This document shows, piece by piece, positions 25,120 through 36,200 of a DNA stretch of 64,000 nucleotides (position 1 is the stretch's first letter; each line of letters begins with the position of its first letter). The DNA comes from Anthoceros angustus. Its lineage: Eukaryota; Plantae; Anthocerotophyta. The DNA is taken from the NCBI GenBank assembly GCA_010909165.1, contig MU008161.1, positions 1,984,001 to 2,048,000 on the forward strand. The letters run 5' to 3'. The notes below the pieces were generated by a model, which saw only the letters and a program-made list of their open reading frames with translations, had not been told where the DNA came from and did no database searches. The position numbers were made by a program, and so were the translations under genes.

Positions 25120-25545
25120 ATAGTGCTCGTGGAACTCTTTGGAGGCATTGACGCTTGAAGCATAAAGTGTGGCATCAGTGCTAAGATACGCATTGTGACC
25201 CGGATCCAAAAGCAAGGATCGTGTGTGCCAAGAGACTTGATGGGGAGTACCCCAACCTCCGACGGGAGTCGAAGGGTTACCGTAGGCGCCGATGGATGTT
25301 CGCATGATAGGGTTGTCCCATTTGAGTTGTCTTGGCAACCGTGGACCTTGTCATCGCAGTTGGGAGGCCAAGGACTATCCTCGCAGTAAAGGGTCAAGGT
25401 CTCAAGGATCCAAACAAGATTGTTCTATGACTCGATGAGGATCTTGCGCTTGATCCGTAAAGGGCAAGAAAGGCCTTGCGATACATGTTGGAGAATGTGC
25501 CAAGATGAGCGTGAAGAAGCAAGTCTGTGAGGATTTCTGCATGAT
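25120..25545 (+). pseudogene. Cytosine-5 DNA methyltransferase (DNMT) catalytic domain, motifs I-VI, within gypsy pol; 3' truncated and indel-damaged
   Basis: IVLVELFGGI (25120-25149, motif I), CDPDPKAR (II), PMDVRMI (III), VDLVIA(G)WE(C)QGLS (25341-25380, IV), GQGLKDP..RLFYD (V), RYMLENVP (ENV at 25491-25499, VI). Order and spacing are correct. Confidence 0.85.
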
Positions 25546-25549
25546 CCGA

Positions 25550-26470
25550 GGACTGAGAATTTAGGGACCAGGGACCCTGACCTGGGACCAGACACACGTC
25601 TGGAAGGAGACCAAGAAACGGAGCCTCCCGCACAACGCGGCAGTGGCCGAGGACTAGGCGCGAGGCCATAATCGCGGAGGACATGGGAGGTCCTCCATTG
25701 CGCGCTTAGCTTCCACAATTTCTCCCACGCGTGCCCCTCGCCCTGCTGCGCAAGGGGAGCTCGGGGCCTCTGACCACGTGGGCTGAGGCTATGTCTGACG
25801 GAGGGAGGTGAGGCCCTCACGGCCTCGGAATTTCCCTCGAGGTAACCACGATAAGGATGTGAAGATTGTGAGCCTAGGCAGCGTACCGGCTCGGGCTCTC
25901 TGATGTCGATGCAAGCATCTTGAGTGCGGTCATGAAGCGGATCGAGTGCGTGATTCTGACCTGTTCCACAGTCATGTTATGGCCGCTCTGATGGTGACAC
26001 GGGTTTTGCTTCATCTCTGCTCCTACTCCCACTCGCTCTAAAGCTATCTAATTGCTTTGTGTCTTGGCAGGATCATCTTGAGGATTGAGGAGGATCTTGT
26101 TCCTCCCGAAGATTACATGTGCTGAGGACTCCGATGCTCGAAGGCCTCCAGTCCCTCCGACTCGGAGAATCCAAAGGAAGAGTCCTCCGAGGGAGCGGAC
26201 TGGGATTAGGTAGCAGGGCATGTAGGCTAGTTGGGGTTAGATAGGAAAGTTCCGGACTCTCCTAACCCCGGACCTCGAACATGCTCGTGCGGCTCTTTTG
26301 AAAGAGCTTTTAATATATCTGCGGGGTTTTCTTGTGTAGGCACATACTCCAGTTGCTTGACTAACCTTGCTTGCGTTTGGGATCTTTGTGTTTGAGCTCG
26401 AAGTGAGATCAAGATTACGGAAGTGAGATGAGGAGTCAAAGTGTGAGCTCCTCTTCACTCAAGGTCACCG
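25550..26470 (-). mobile_element. Ty1/copia remnant interrupting the gypsy element
   Basis: RNase H tail QLEYVPTQENPADIL(T)KALSKEPHEH at ~26250-26360. The rest is degenerate. Confidence 0.6.
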
Positions 26471-27149
26471 GAGGATCCTTCAACCTTAGCTAAGGATCTA
26501 AATACTCCTATGTGTTTTCGTGGAATCACCTCAATCGCCATTACACTAATGACATTTCGTCACGCATGGTCCTTCAACCTCTTCCGGATCTGCATTTCAA
26601 CATTTCAACATGCCTCTACATTTCGGATGTTACGACTAACCATGCTTCGTGAAATCCCTCGTAGATTGGTTTTCAGCACTGCATACTATGTAGATTATCG
26701 CCGTGAAGTGGCCTATCGAAACTCTATACCTATTGTCTATTAGAAATTAGCTCGTGAGGCGCCTTCTTGGCGCTGGATTGGCCATTTCATTAGGCGACTT
26801 TGTCTTGCTAATATGCAAGAACTGCATATCATTGTATTACAAATCTTTATATGTAGCACCTTGATCGAGGTTGTCCTAGTGTATCTCCATTGGAATTGCG
26901 GTGCAATCCAAAAGGAAGTACACTAGGATTCCTACCTAGATTCGCAGTTGCTATAAAATTTTCAATATACTCCACGGCCTAGGTTGAACTCACTACTCCG
27001 GCCATGGAGTAGCGAGATTGTATACATGTCGACCAGGCCCTTGATGAGTCGGCCAATTTTACCCCTGCATCTACCTAACATGCATATATAGCCCTACATG
27101 CAATATCTAAACGAATTCCCATGGTTCAAGGAAGTTGCCTTCCTCGGCC

Positions 27150-27430
27150 CTCGAAATAGGTTTCTATCTACATACTATTTTCCCAAGGACCAAGGAACAT
27201 CCTTCCGAAACCGCGAAGACCAAGGACTCGAAATAGGTTTCTATCTACATACCATTTTCCCAAGGACCAAGGAACATCCTTCCGAACCCCGAAGACCAAG
27301 GACTCGAAATAGGCTTCTATCTACTTGCTACTTTCCCAAGGACCAAGGAACATCATTCCGAAACCCTGAAGACCAAGGACTTGAGTCTGTTCCTTCCGAA
27401 ACCCCAAAGACCAAGGACTTGAGTCCTACC
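27150..27430. repeat. ~75 bp tandem repeat (3 units plus partials)
   Basis: ctcgaaatagg recurs at ~27151, 27227 and 27302, with ccaaggac subrepeats. Confidence 0.9.
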
Positions 27431-28269
27431 TATTTGAATAGATAGGACTACGGACTCGTGTAGCGGACTTGAGCGGCCACCGCTGTGACCACACCAAGTG
27501 GCGTCCTCCCATCACCACTTCCTAGGACTCCCTCTTGTGCGTGGGAAACTAGGCGAGGTAAGAGGAGCTCTGCTCACGACATTGATTGGTGAGTCCGGTG
27601 AGGTCCTCGGGTTAAACAACATGTTCAAGCCACTTGTTGGATGAGAAGCTTGTTTCTTTGAATATGCGTGGGTCATTGTGCTTCTCCTTCCAAGTCGAGC
27701 TCTCGAAGCAGCTGAGCACAGGAGGTGTCTTGGATTGGATATGGGAGTCGTGACACCGTAACCATCGGCGTTATGTGAGTAGGGAAAGCTTCGAGGCCGT
27801 TGGAGCTCTCGTAAAATCTAGCGTAGATAGACTATTCTATTCCTCATCCATCTTATATGTCGGCTAAAACTTTGTGCGAGATAAGAAGGACATGGTTGTG
27901 GGATGACGCGTTCATGATCTCACATCAAACTTGAGTGCAGTCAATCACATACTTGGGGAACCATATCTTGCGGATGTATGTATCGGAGGTAGGCTACAGG
28001 AGGGTGGGCAAACCAAATCCCTTCATGTGGTTTTCAATAATCTCCGCATGCTACACATGGGGAGCCTAATGAGGCGATACAACTTTACTATGTATGTGCT
28101 CGGTGTGATGCCCACATCTTGTAGCAGCCCTTCAAGCTTGTGCATTTCTTTGTGGACACGGAATCTAGCGAGAAAAGTGCGGCATATATGTTGCAGTGAC
28201 ATTCCACCGAACTTGTTATTGCCAATGGTGGACATGTCATAGCGTGGCTGGAAGACAAACACGGTTTTC

Positions 28270-28815
28270 GATAGGTTAGGCGAGAAAGGATGTCGTGACA
28301 TGGGCCACGATAGTTGGGTATGCAAATCATGGGCTTGGCCAAGAGGCGCTTGTTGGACAAATGGAGAAGGAGGGCACGATTGTGGGCAACCATGTTACCT
28401 TTGCTTGCCTTCCGAGGCTGTGCAACGCAAGTGCCTTAAGGCGGGGCAGCACTCCGCATTGTGGAGAGAGACTAGATAACACACTTGTGGGCACTTGCGG
28501 TGGACATGTAGGCAAAGTGTGGCGAGTAGAAGATGCGCATCAAGTTTTTCAATGCTTGAGCCCAAAGGATGTGGTGACTTGGAATGCCACGATTCTTTGG
28601 GTATGGACGAGAAGGGCTTGGTCAAGAGGCGCTATTTTTGTATGGACGAATGCAGGAGGCTGCTTGTGGCGATGAGGTTACTTTTGCTTGCCTTTTGAAG
28701 GCATGTGCAAGCATTGGTGCCTTCTGAAGGCGGTAGGCACTCACGCTTGTGCAAAGAGGACATTTGGATAACGACTTGTGGGCTTCGGTGGACTGTATGC
28801 CAAGATGCATGCCTC
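28270..28815 (+). pseudogene. PLS-class PPR (organellar RNA-editing factor-like) gene fragment
   Basis: KDVVTWATIVGYANHGLGQEAL, VTFACL, VEDAHQVFQCLSPKDVVTWNA and VTFACLLKACASIG across frameshifts. Confidence 0.8.
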
Positions 28816-28829
28816 GTTTTTGACAGCTA

Positions 28830-29960
28830 GAAAATTCTTACACCGACATTTTACAATGGCTGGCACTATTTATAAATCGATAAATTTGTATAACATTTTA
28901 CAATGTATTTGCAATGAACATGCACATCGGCAATTTCACTAATATATAGCCTCATAAATGACATAAATCGGAAAAGGTCTCTTCCACATATTTACAACGG
29001 CATTTCGACAAGCATGCCACATCAACAATCTTACTAATATATAACCTCATAAATTACATAAATAAGGAAAAGGCATGCCACATGCAATCTTACTAATATA
29101 TAACCTCATAAATTACATAAATAAGGAAAAGGGCCACATCCTCTTACTAATATATAACCTCATAAATTACATAAATAAGGAAAAGGTCTCTTCCAAAATT
29201 TTACAACATTTTACAACATGCCACATCAGCAAATAATATATTTATTCATGGATATTGGCTGGCTTGTGCATTTTACAACCATAGTTCTGACGCATGTGCC
29301 ACGTCGGTAAATATACAATAAAATGAATAATCCAATAATATAACATAAATTGGAGAAACCATTTTACAATGATATTTGCAATGAGCTTGCCATGTCAGCA
29401 AATAATAAATTTATTTATAGATATTTATATAAAATGGTTTTCATGCGTTTTACAACCATAGCTACAATGCATGTGACACGTCAGAAATACAAAAAAAAAG
29501 ATAATCCCATAACTAACATAAATCCAGAGAAACATATTTACAACATCATTTGCAACGAACTTGCCACATCAGCAAATAATAAATCTATTCATAGATATTC
29601 CAATAAATGGTATTATTCCAAAAATCAAGTCTTGCACAATTTACAACCACATCTACAACAAACATGGTTTACAACGTCTTTTACAAGTACCGTTTTACAA
29701 CATCCTTTATGCCACGTCATTATAAATTCAACAAAATGTAGTTTTATTAACAAATAACCCCCATAGTTTTCTAAATCAAAAGAGTTTATGCACAATTAAC
29801 AACGTCATGTACAACGAGCAAGCCATGTCAACAAACCCCGTTGTAAAATTTGTGTCAACATGCCATGTCAACAAATCCCGTTGTAAAATTGTCAACATGC
29901 CATGTCAACAAACCCAAAAATCCATGCCACATCATATTAGTTAGGAACCCTTGTTGTAAA
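28830..29960. mobile_element. AT-rich array of subterminal-type repeats, probable DNA transposon (CACTA-like) end region
   Basis: Many direct and inverted ACATTTTACAA / TTGTAAAA, TGCCACATCAGCAAAT and TGCCATGTCAACAAA motifs, plus ~47 bp tandem units at ~29030-29190. Confidence 0.5.
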
Positions 29961-30119
29961 TGTTCAAAAACTTACAAGGCTTTGAGTCAGTAAGAGTGTT
30001 GTAGTTTCCTCTAACTAAACTTAGACCCATTTGTAAAGGTAGCCCCTCCTTGTAGTGGAAGGAACTGTCGATTGCTTGGGCAAGCATTTGACATGAACAT
30101 GATGACCGTTGTTTAGCGC

Positions 30120-30480
30120 TGAGTCGCACCAACTCAAACCGAAGAAGGCGAGGTTGAAGCAGGGTTCGGTGGGTGAAGGATATTCCGACTCGCATCTCAA
30201 CAAGAGAAGGCGAGTTTGGAGGCAAGGAGAGTAAGCGCGAGAGCAAGCGTGCTGCATTTGAGCCACGCCTACATGAGTGGTTAGCGCCGAGTTGAAGAGC
30301 AACTAGCCACTAAAGGAGTTGGGAGACATCGCGACATGTGTTTGCTTTCACGCTATGGAGATGGGGAAGTACACCAAAGGAAGTTCCACATAGATCTAAT
30401 CAAGGATGAACAAGTGTTCCGCAGGAGGCACAGCTCGAAGGGCAAGAAGAAAATGACGAGCAACCTGGGGGAGAGTAGTC
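30120..30480 (+). pseudogene. Gypsy pol pre-RT fragment
   Basis: FAFTLW(E)MGKYTKG(E)FHIDLIKDEQVFRRRH at ~30343-30432, the segment that normally precedes gypsy RT. Confidence 0.55.
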
Positions 30481-30599
30481 CATCATAAAGCGCATGAGGA
30501 TGTCAAGACAAGCCTCCACTCATGGACAAGGTTCATAACCTCGACGACATTCCAAGGAGATTGGTTTTGTGCACAATGCGCTACGTGAGGTGCGTGACG

Positions 30600-31400
30600 T
30601 GTGTAGTCTACTAATGATAATGTTTTGACTTAGAGTCTCACATTATCGGGGATTGGTTGCACCTATATATCTAGATGCGACATTAGATTTGTTTGCTTGG
30701 TTGTTGATCGAGGAAGTTACAAGTTTACCTGCTATCATGCCGGTGATACTAATCTCTTGCTTATATGAATTCAAGTGCTTACCTGCATGTATGTGTGATA
30801 CTAATCTGCACTTGGGTTTAGTGTTTGATTAGCATTAATTAATCTAATTACTTATCTTTAAGTAAGTAATTAATGTTAATTAATCTAATGTGCTTATGTT
30901 AATTAAGCATTGATTAGTGTTAATTAAACATGGTTAGCAATAGCTAAGTGGATAAGCTCAAGTAATATGTTTTGGCATATTCCTTGCATATTATAGTGTA
31001 TTCTTAGGATACATAGCTAAGTGGATAAGCTCAAGTAATATGCTTTGGCATATTCAGCACATATTATAGTGTATTCTTAGGATATTTACGGCATATGCTG
31101 ATGCCAATAGATATCTTAGGAATATGGATGCTGTGTGGTCTAGTATAGACCCTTGGTGAATGATCGGATGTGACATAGCTCTGTCTCATGCAAGGGTGTT
31201 GTGAGGAGGCCAGCTGACTCAGAGAGCGTGTGAGGAATTTCGCGTTGTTCTCGTGGGGAGAGTGTGTTTGTGCCACGATGTGCGAGCTACTCCCTCCTGT
31301 TGTTTATTGGTTGCACCTATATATCTAGATGCGCATTAGATTTGTTTGCTTGGTTGTTGATCGAGGAAGTGCTTATATGAATTCAAGTGCTTACCTCGTG
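30600..31400 (+). repeat. Right LTR-like repeat with partial internal duplication
   Basis: 30732-31303 matches the left repeat. 30652-30790 recurs at ~31306-31395. Confidence 0.8.
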
Positions 31401-31720
31401 CGACAGGTCGGAGGCTCATCCAACCCTCCCACACAAAGCATGAGCATTCCTTCCAGCAACCACATCCTTCTCTAACATGCAGCTCTTGAGCATCCAATAC
31501 AACCTCGCCATTGCAGCCCATCGCAAAAGCTTGCTCGCAAGAGCCAGCACCCCTAGACCCAATACTAACCCTCGGTCCTTGAGGAGTTACACAGGAGGGA
31601 GAATCTGGAATAGGTAGGTCTGAGTTATTCCCAAGGACCTGGAGGATGGGCTCTATGAACAATTTCAATTATCGAAGTCAAAACTCATTGTCGAAACCAA
31701 CACTCCCCATGTGCCTATTG

Positions 31721-31797
31721 AATCCTCAACTCCATGTTGCAAGCCTCGAGCTCCATGTCGCAAGCATCTCAAGGCTTGCAACATGGAGTTGATGATT
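31721..31797. other. Isolated long inverted repeat (miRNA-precursor-like hairpin)
   Basis: TCAACTCCATGTTGCAAGCCT (31726-31746) is the exact reverse complement of AGGCTTGCAACATGGAGTTGA (31772-31792). AATC/GATT extends the stem after one mismatch. Confidence 0.6.
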
Positions 31798-33266
31798 ATT
31801 GGGACTTGTAGGAGGCAACAGAGCAACCATTATAGACGCTAGGGGGGCTACTTTGCATAATGGTATGATCAAAACACTAGCATTGAACAATGTAAACATA
31901 TGCTCAACATCACTAAGTACTCACTTACTTCATCTGACATGAACCAAAAATTAAAAAGGGACAATTAGAAGCAAACTAGTGAACAGGAAAGGAGAAATGA
32001 GAAGGATAAATGAGAAGATCCTATTAAAACTTTTAGTTTGTTGCAAGAGCAGTGTCTTGCTAGAAAGATACACTTGGTTGAAAGCATTACAGGTTGGTTA
32101 CTTTTGATGGGCCCTTGGGTTTCGAAATTTGAGAGTGAATGTTTCTCATTAAGCTCTACGTGCCTATATGTCTACATAGGTATCCAAGATTATTTTTTTC
32201 TTTTTCTAATGAATGTAATCTTGCACAAAAGAGCTATTCGAGGGAGTTCAAAGCATCATATTTACGGTATTTTGAATTAATTCATGAAGAACTATTAGAG
32301 GGAGTTCAACGCATCATAGTAACGAAGATTCGGTATTTTGAATTAATTCATATATATTTTATGATACAAAGAATATTTTTAAGTTTTTTATGCGTGCATT
32401 CTTGTGCCATAATTAGCAAATCAGGAACTCCCATCTCGCTCATCATTCCTATTTAAAATTGGATTTCCAGGCTCTTCTTATAGCACCAAGGGCATCACTC
32501 CCTCTAGGCACCCCATCTAAATACGGATCGAAGCACAAGATGCTTAACAACCACATTGTTATAAATGCGTAGATGTACACATATGTACTTGTTTCCCACG
32601 GTCGCCATGTGTTGCTTGTCCCGCTTTGCCTTGATTGCACCCTGAGGGGTATAGGAGGCTCTTTCCCACACTTGCATTATTGGTACTCTATTGGCATTGC
32701 TGGCTCTGCATAGGGTGCTGGAAGCTCTTTCCCACACTTGCATTATTGGTGTTCTGTTAGCATTGCTGTAAATGCAGCCCGGGTTTCCCTTTTTTCTGAA
32801 TTCAATATAATGCAACTCGCCTTGCACTTCACACAATGGCTCATCGAGCAAAATTGCCCAAGATATTGTGCTTGCTGCCTACTGTATGCATCAGAACGAA
32901 TACTGGAAACGGTAATATGTTGTCATTATGTAGTCATTGTGCTGAATGTAAGAAAACACAAAACATAGGTACATATGTGTTAAAATGTAGATACATATTT
33001 GTTGATATGGGAAACGAGTTGAAGCGAAAAGGTACAATGAGAGTCATAATGGGCCGCGAGTTACGGAACGGGGCACGGCTGTGAGCTGGTGGAGGCAGTC
33101 CGTTGGAGGCAACGGCAATGGACGGGTTTGAAACGGGAGAGGGAGACGGTGCGAGGGTGACAGAACCCTCTCCCCGCCAAAGGTGCGTCTTGAAGTGGGC
33201 AGCTGTGGCCATGGCGCCTGGCGTGAGGCAGCGAGCGTGATCGACGCCAGCATCGCGCCCGAGAGG

Positions 33267-36200
33267 ATGTCGACCATGGTCGGAGTGCGAGGGGCGCCCG
33301 CCATGGCGCCGGAGCCGGAGGCCAGGACCGGGGCCGTGTCGGGAATGCACGATGGCATCATTCAGACCCCCAGCGCCTTCTACGCCGGCGGCAGCAGCAA
33401 CCCTTCTTCCCGCATCTGGGGCGCCTCTCCCCCGCCGGCCTTCTTCCGGGTCGGCGATCCCGCCGGCCCCTTCGCGGCGCCCGCAGAATCGTCGGATTCC
33501 TCCTACGCCACAGCTCCCGTCTCCTTCGCCTCGGGCTGGAGCGGGGCCAGAAGCCACAGGAAGAGTGCAGTGTCTGCAGTGCCTCCAGGTCCTGCTGTCC
33601 CTGCGGTTCCTGCGGTGCCGGCGGTTCCCGCTTCTGCATCCTCCGCGGGCGCCTCTTCTACATTTGTGTCAGCTTCTTCTTCATCCTCGTTCCAGTCCTT
33701 CTCCTCGCCAACCTCTGCATTTTCCTCACCTGCAGCCGTCTCGTCCTCTGCTCCCGCAGTGGGATCTGGATCCAGCGGATCTGAGGCGGCCATGGCCAAG
33801 GGCGCCAGGAGGCAGGCGGGATGGCGGGATTCGGGGCCTTCCGCCCGCGCGCCGGCTGGATTCCGCGCCGGCCAGGAGCAGGAAGGTGCGTCTGGTGAGG
33901 AAGCTGCGTCCGGGAGGCACAAGGCTGTGTTGCAGAATTCCGGCAAGGCGAGTTTCAAAAATTCTATGAAGGGGGAGTCCTGGAATTCCTCGGATTTGCG
34001 CACGGCAGAGGCCGGGTTCAGGTTCCAGTCCGGGAGCATGAAGGGGTCCGGGGAATCCTCGGCGAGTTCTGGCGACGCCGGGTTTAGGTTTGGTGCGGAT
34101 AACGCTGCTGCCTCTGCTGGAAGTGGGGGTGGGTTTAGGTTTGGAGCGAGAGTTGCTGCGGATGAGTTTCGGGCCTCGGGTACCGCTCCCATGGCATTTT
34201 CTTCCCAATCGGAATCATCGGTTTTGAGTGGTTTGAGTCGGTTGGATTTGAATTCGGAGACCGCTGCTTCTGGAGTGAAAGCAGGAGCAGGTCGGGAAAG
34301 TGTCTTCTCCCGTGATGTGTTTGGCAGGGGGAAAGTGGAGCACGGGGTGGGATCTGTGAGACAGAATGCTGATGTCGGTACATTGCCACGGGCTGACTCT
34401 CAGTCACCTGGGTTGAAGTATGGTGTCGAGCCACTTACGGAGAGTAACAGAGTGAGCTCCAAGTTTAATCGGGGGACCCCGTTGCCAGGTGATACTGCTG
34501 CAGATGATGCAATGGAAAGTTCCAGTAGCAATGCTTCGAAGTTTGGGCAACAAGGGTTTTCGAAGGAGGAGGTCAGCAGCGGGCAGTCTAGGTTCCAGGT
34601 TGAGAATGCTGGACAATCCCCGGATGCGCCTCATGCTGACATTTCTGGTAGAAGTAATGGTAGGTTCAAGCTGGGCAGTGGTGCAGCAGCTATTACTCAT
34701 AAGCAATCTGCACCGGATTACGTTTCACCAAATGCCAAGTTTGCTGAATTCACGGGTGAGACATTGCGGGGGGTAGGAGACCAAGAGAATTTTAGACCCA
34801 GGGGTAATGGGAGGACTCTTGATCGAGAGCCCTTATTTTCTTTTGAGGGGAGGTCTTTTCCTGCTGCCTTTCTGAAGACTGGCAATGCCAGTGCCGGGCT
34901 CGCATCTCCAGCTTCTTCGAATGAGGGGTCGTCTCCTGTTTTTGTTTTTGGAGCTACTCCAGGAGGACGTGCAGGAACCTCACAGGTTGAGGAGACAGAT
35001 GCTTCAAGGTTGCCTCGAGGACTCTTGAAACAGAGGAGGAGATCCTTTTCAACGAAGGCGAAAGGCTCGGCTTCGTCGGGTCATACCTCTGTTCCTTTTG
35101 GAGATGTTACTTCTCCAGCAACATCCAGTGTGGCGCAAGGGGAGGCTTCCTTGGCTGGTGCAGCGTTTGATTTCCAGCAAGCTGCAGACATTTTTTTCAG
35201 GGCAGGGCCTGTTCAGGGCTCTGGTGAAATTCCCAGCGGTGTGGAGCCTGCACATGGAGCCAGCCCTCCCAAAAGTCCCACTGGAGAGCCTCAGTCTGCT
35301 GATGTCCCAAGTCCTACTGTTGGAGGGGCGGATGGGTTATCACCTCCGCAGCAGGTTGGTACAACAAACTGGAATGCAGTTTTTGCAGGCGTGTGCAATC
35401 TGTTCAAACAATCGTTCTCACTCCATGATAATGCTGAACAGGGAGGCTTCAGTGGCGCAACATCTCCACCTCTGCCTCCAATGGAGCCTTTACTTTTCAG
35501 CTTTCAATCATTGGGTTTGTCAGGTCCAGTGTCTGAAGGGAATGCTGGTGCCAACTCTTGCCCTTTCGTTTTCGGTGCCACCAAAGCTGTGCCTGTGGAA
35601 AGTCAGCAACAAGCGAGTGCTGTGAAAAGGAAGAAAGGAAAACTGCATCAGTCCTCCAGCCGAAAGTCTGGAAAGTCTCCTTCTTTGAATGCCAAGCAAG
35701 GCTCCACAACCAGTTCTGATGACCGATCTCCCTCACCCATGGATTTCTCACCGCGAAATGAAGAGGACATGGAACAACAAGATGGATTAGGGGCTCTTCT
35801 CTCAGCTGCGGCTAACCTTAGCATTGGTAAAGATAGCAGTCCAGAGAATGCCAGTGCAGAACAGGAACCCGCTGAGGGGAAGGGTGGAATAGAGAATGAT
35901 GGCTCGACTGTTGCTGGTAAAAGTGGAAAGTCAAAAAGGTCCTCTTCGGATAGCAGCTCTTTGTCAGAAGATGGTGAGGGAAGTGCTAATTCACCTGAGA
36001 GTGATGGAGGAAGCTCTAACTGGTCTGGCTTTGTTTTTTCTGCCAGCCCTTTGCATCCAGCTTCGGGTGTGCAAAGGCGGATTGTTCGTAAGTCATATCG
36101 TGAAAAAGGCCCTGAGATGAGGAGATTTGTGAGTGTCAAAGGGCATAGAGAGTTATCTTCTGGCACGGGTACCTCATTGTCAGCAGGTCAAGCAATTGCT

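Larger units (their letters stand above)
18925..31400 (+). mobile_element. Ty3/gypsy LTR retrotransposon (gag-protease-DNA methyltransferase-[pre-RT]) with nested insertions
   Basis: Long direct repeats at ~18925-19498 and ~30732-31303 flank gag with CCHC knuckles, an aspartic protease, a C5-MTase and a pre-RT fragment, all on +. Confidence 0.75.

Noticed and set aside
27150-27430. Regular repeats resembling a CRISPR array (also 58105-58322 and 61290-61460)
   Set aside because: The units are contiguous with no unique spacers, the context is eukaryotic, and there are no cas genes.
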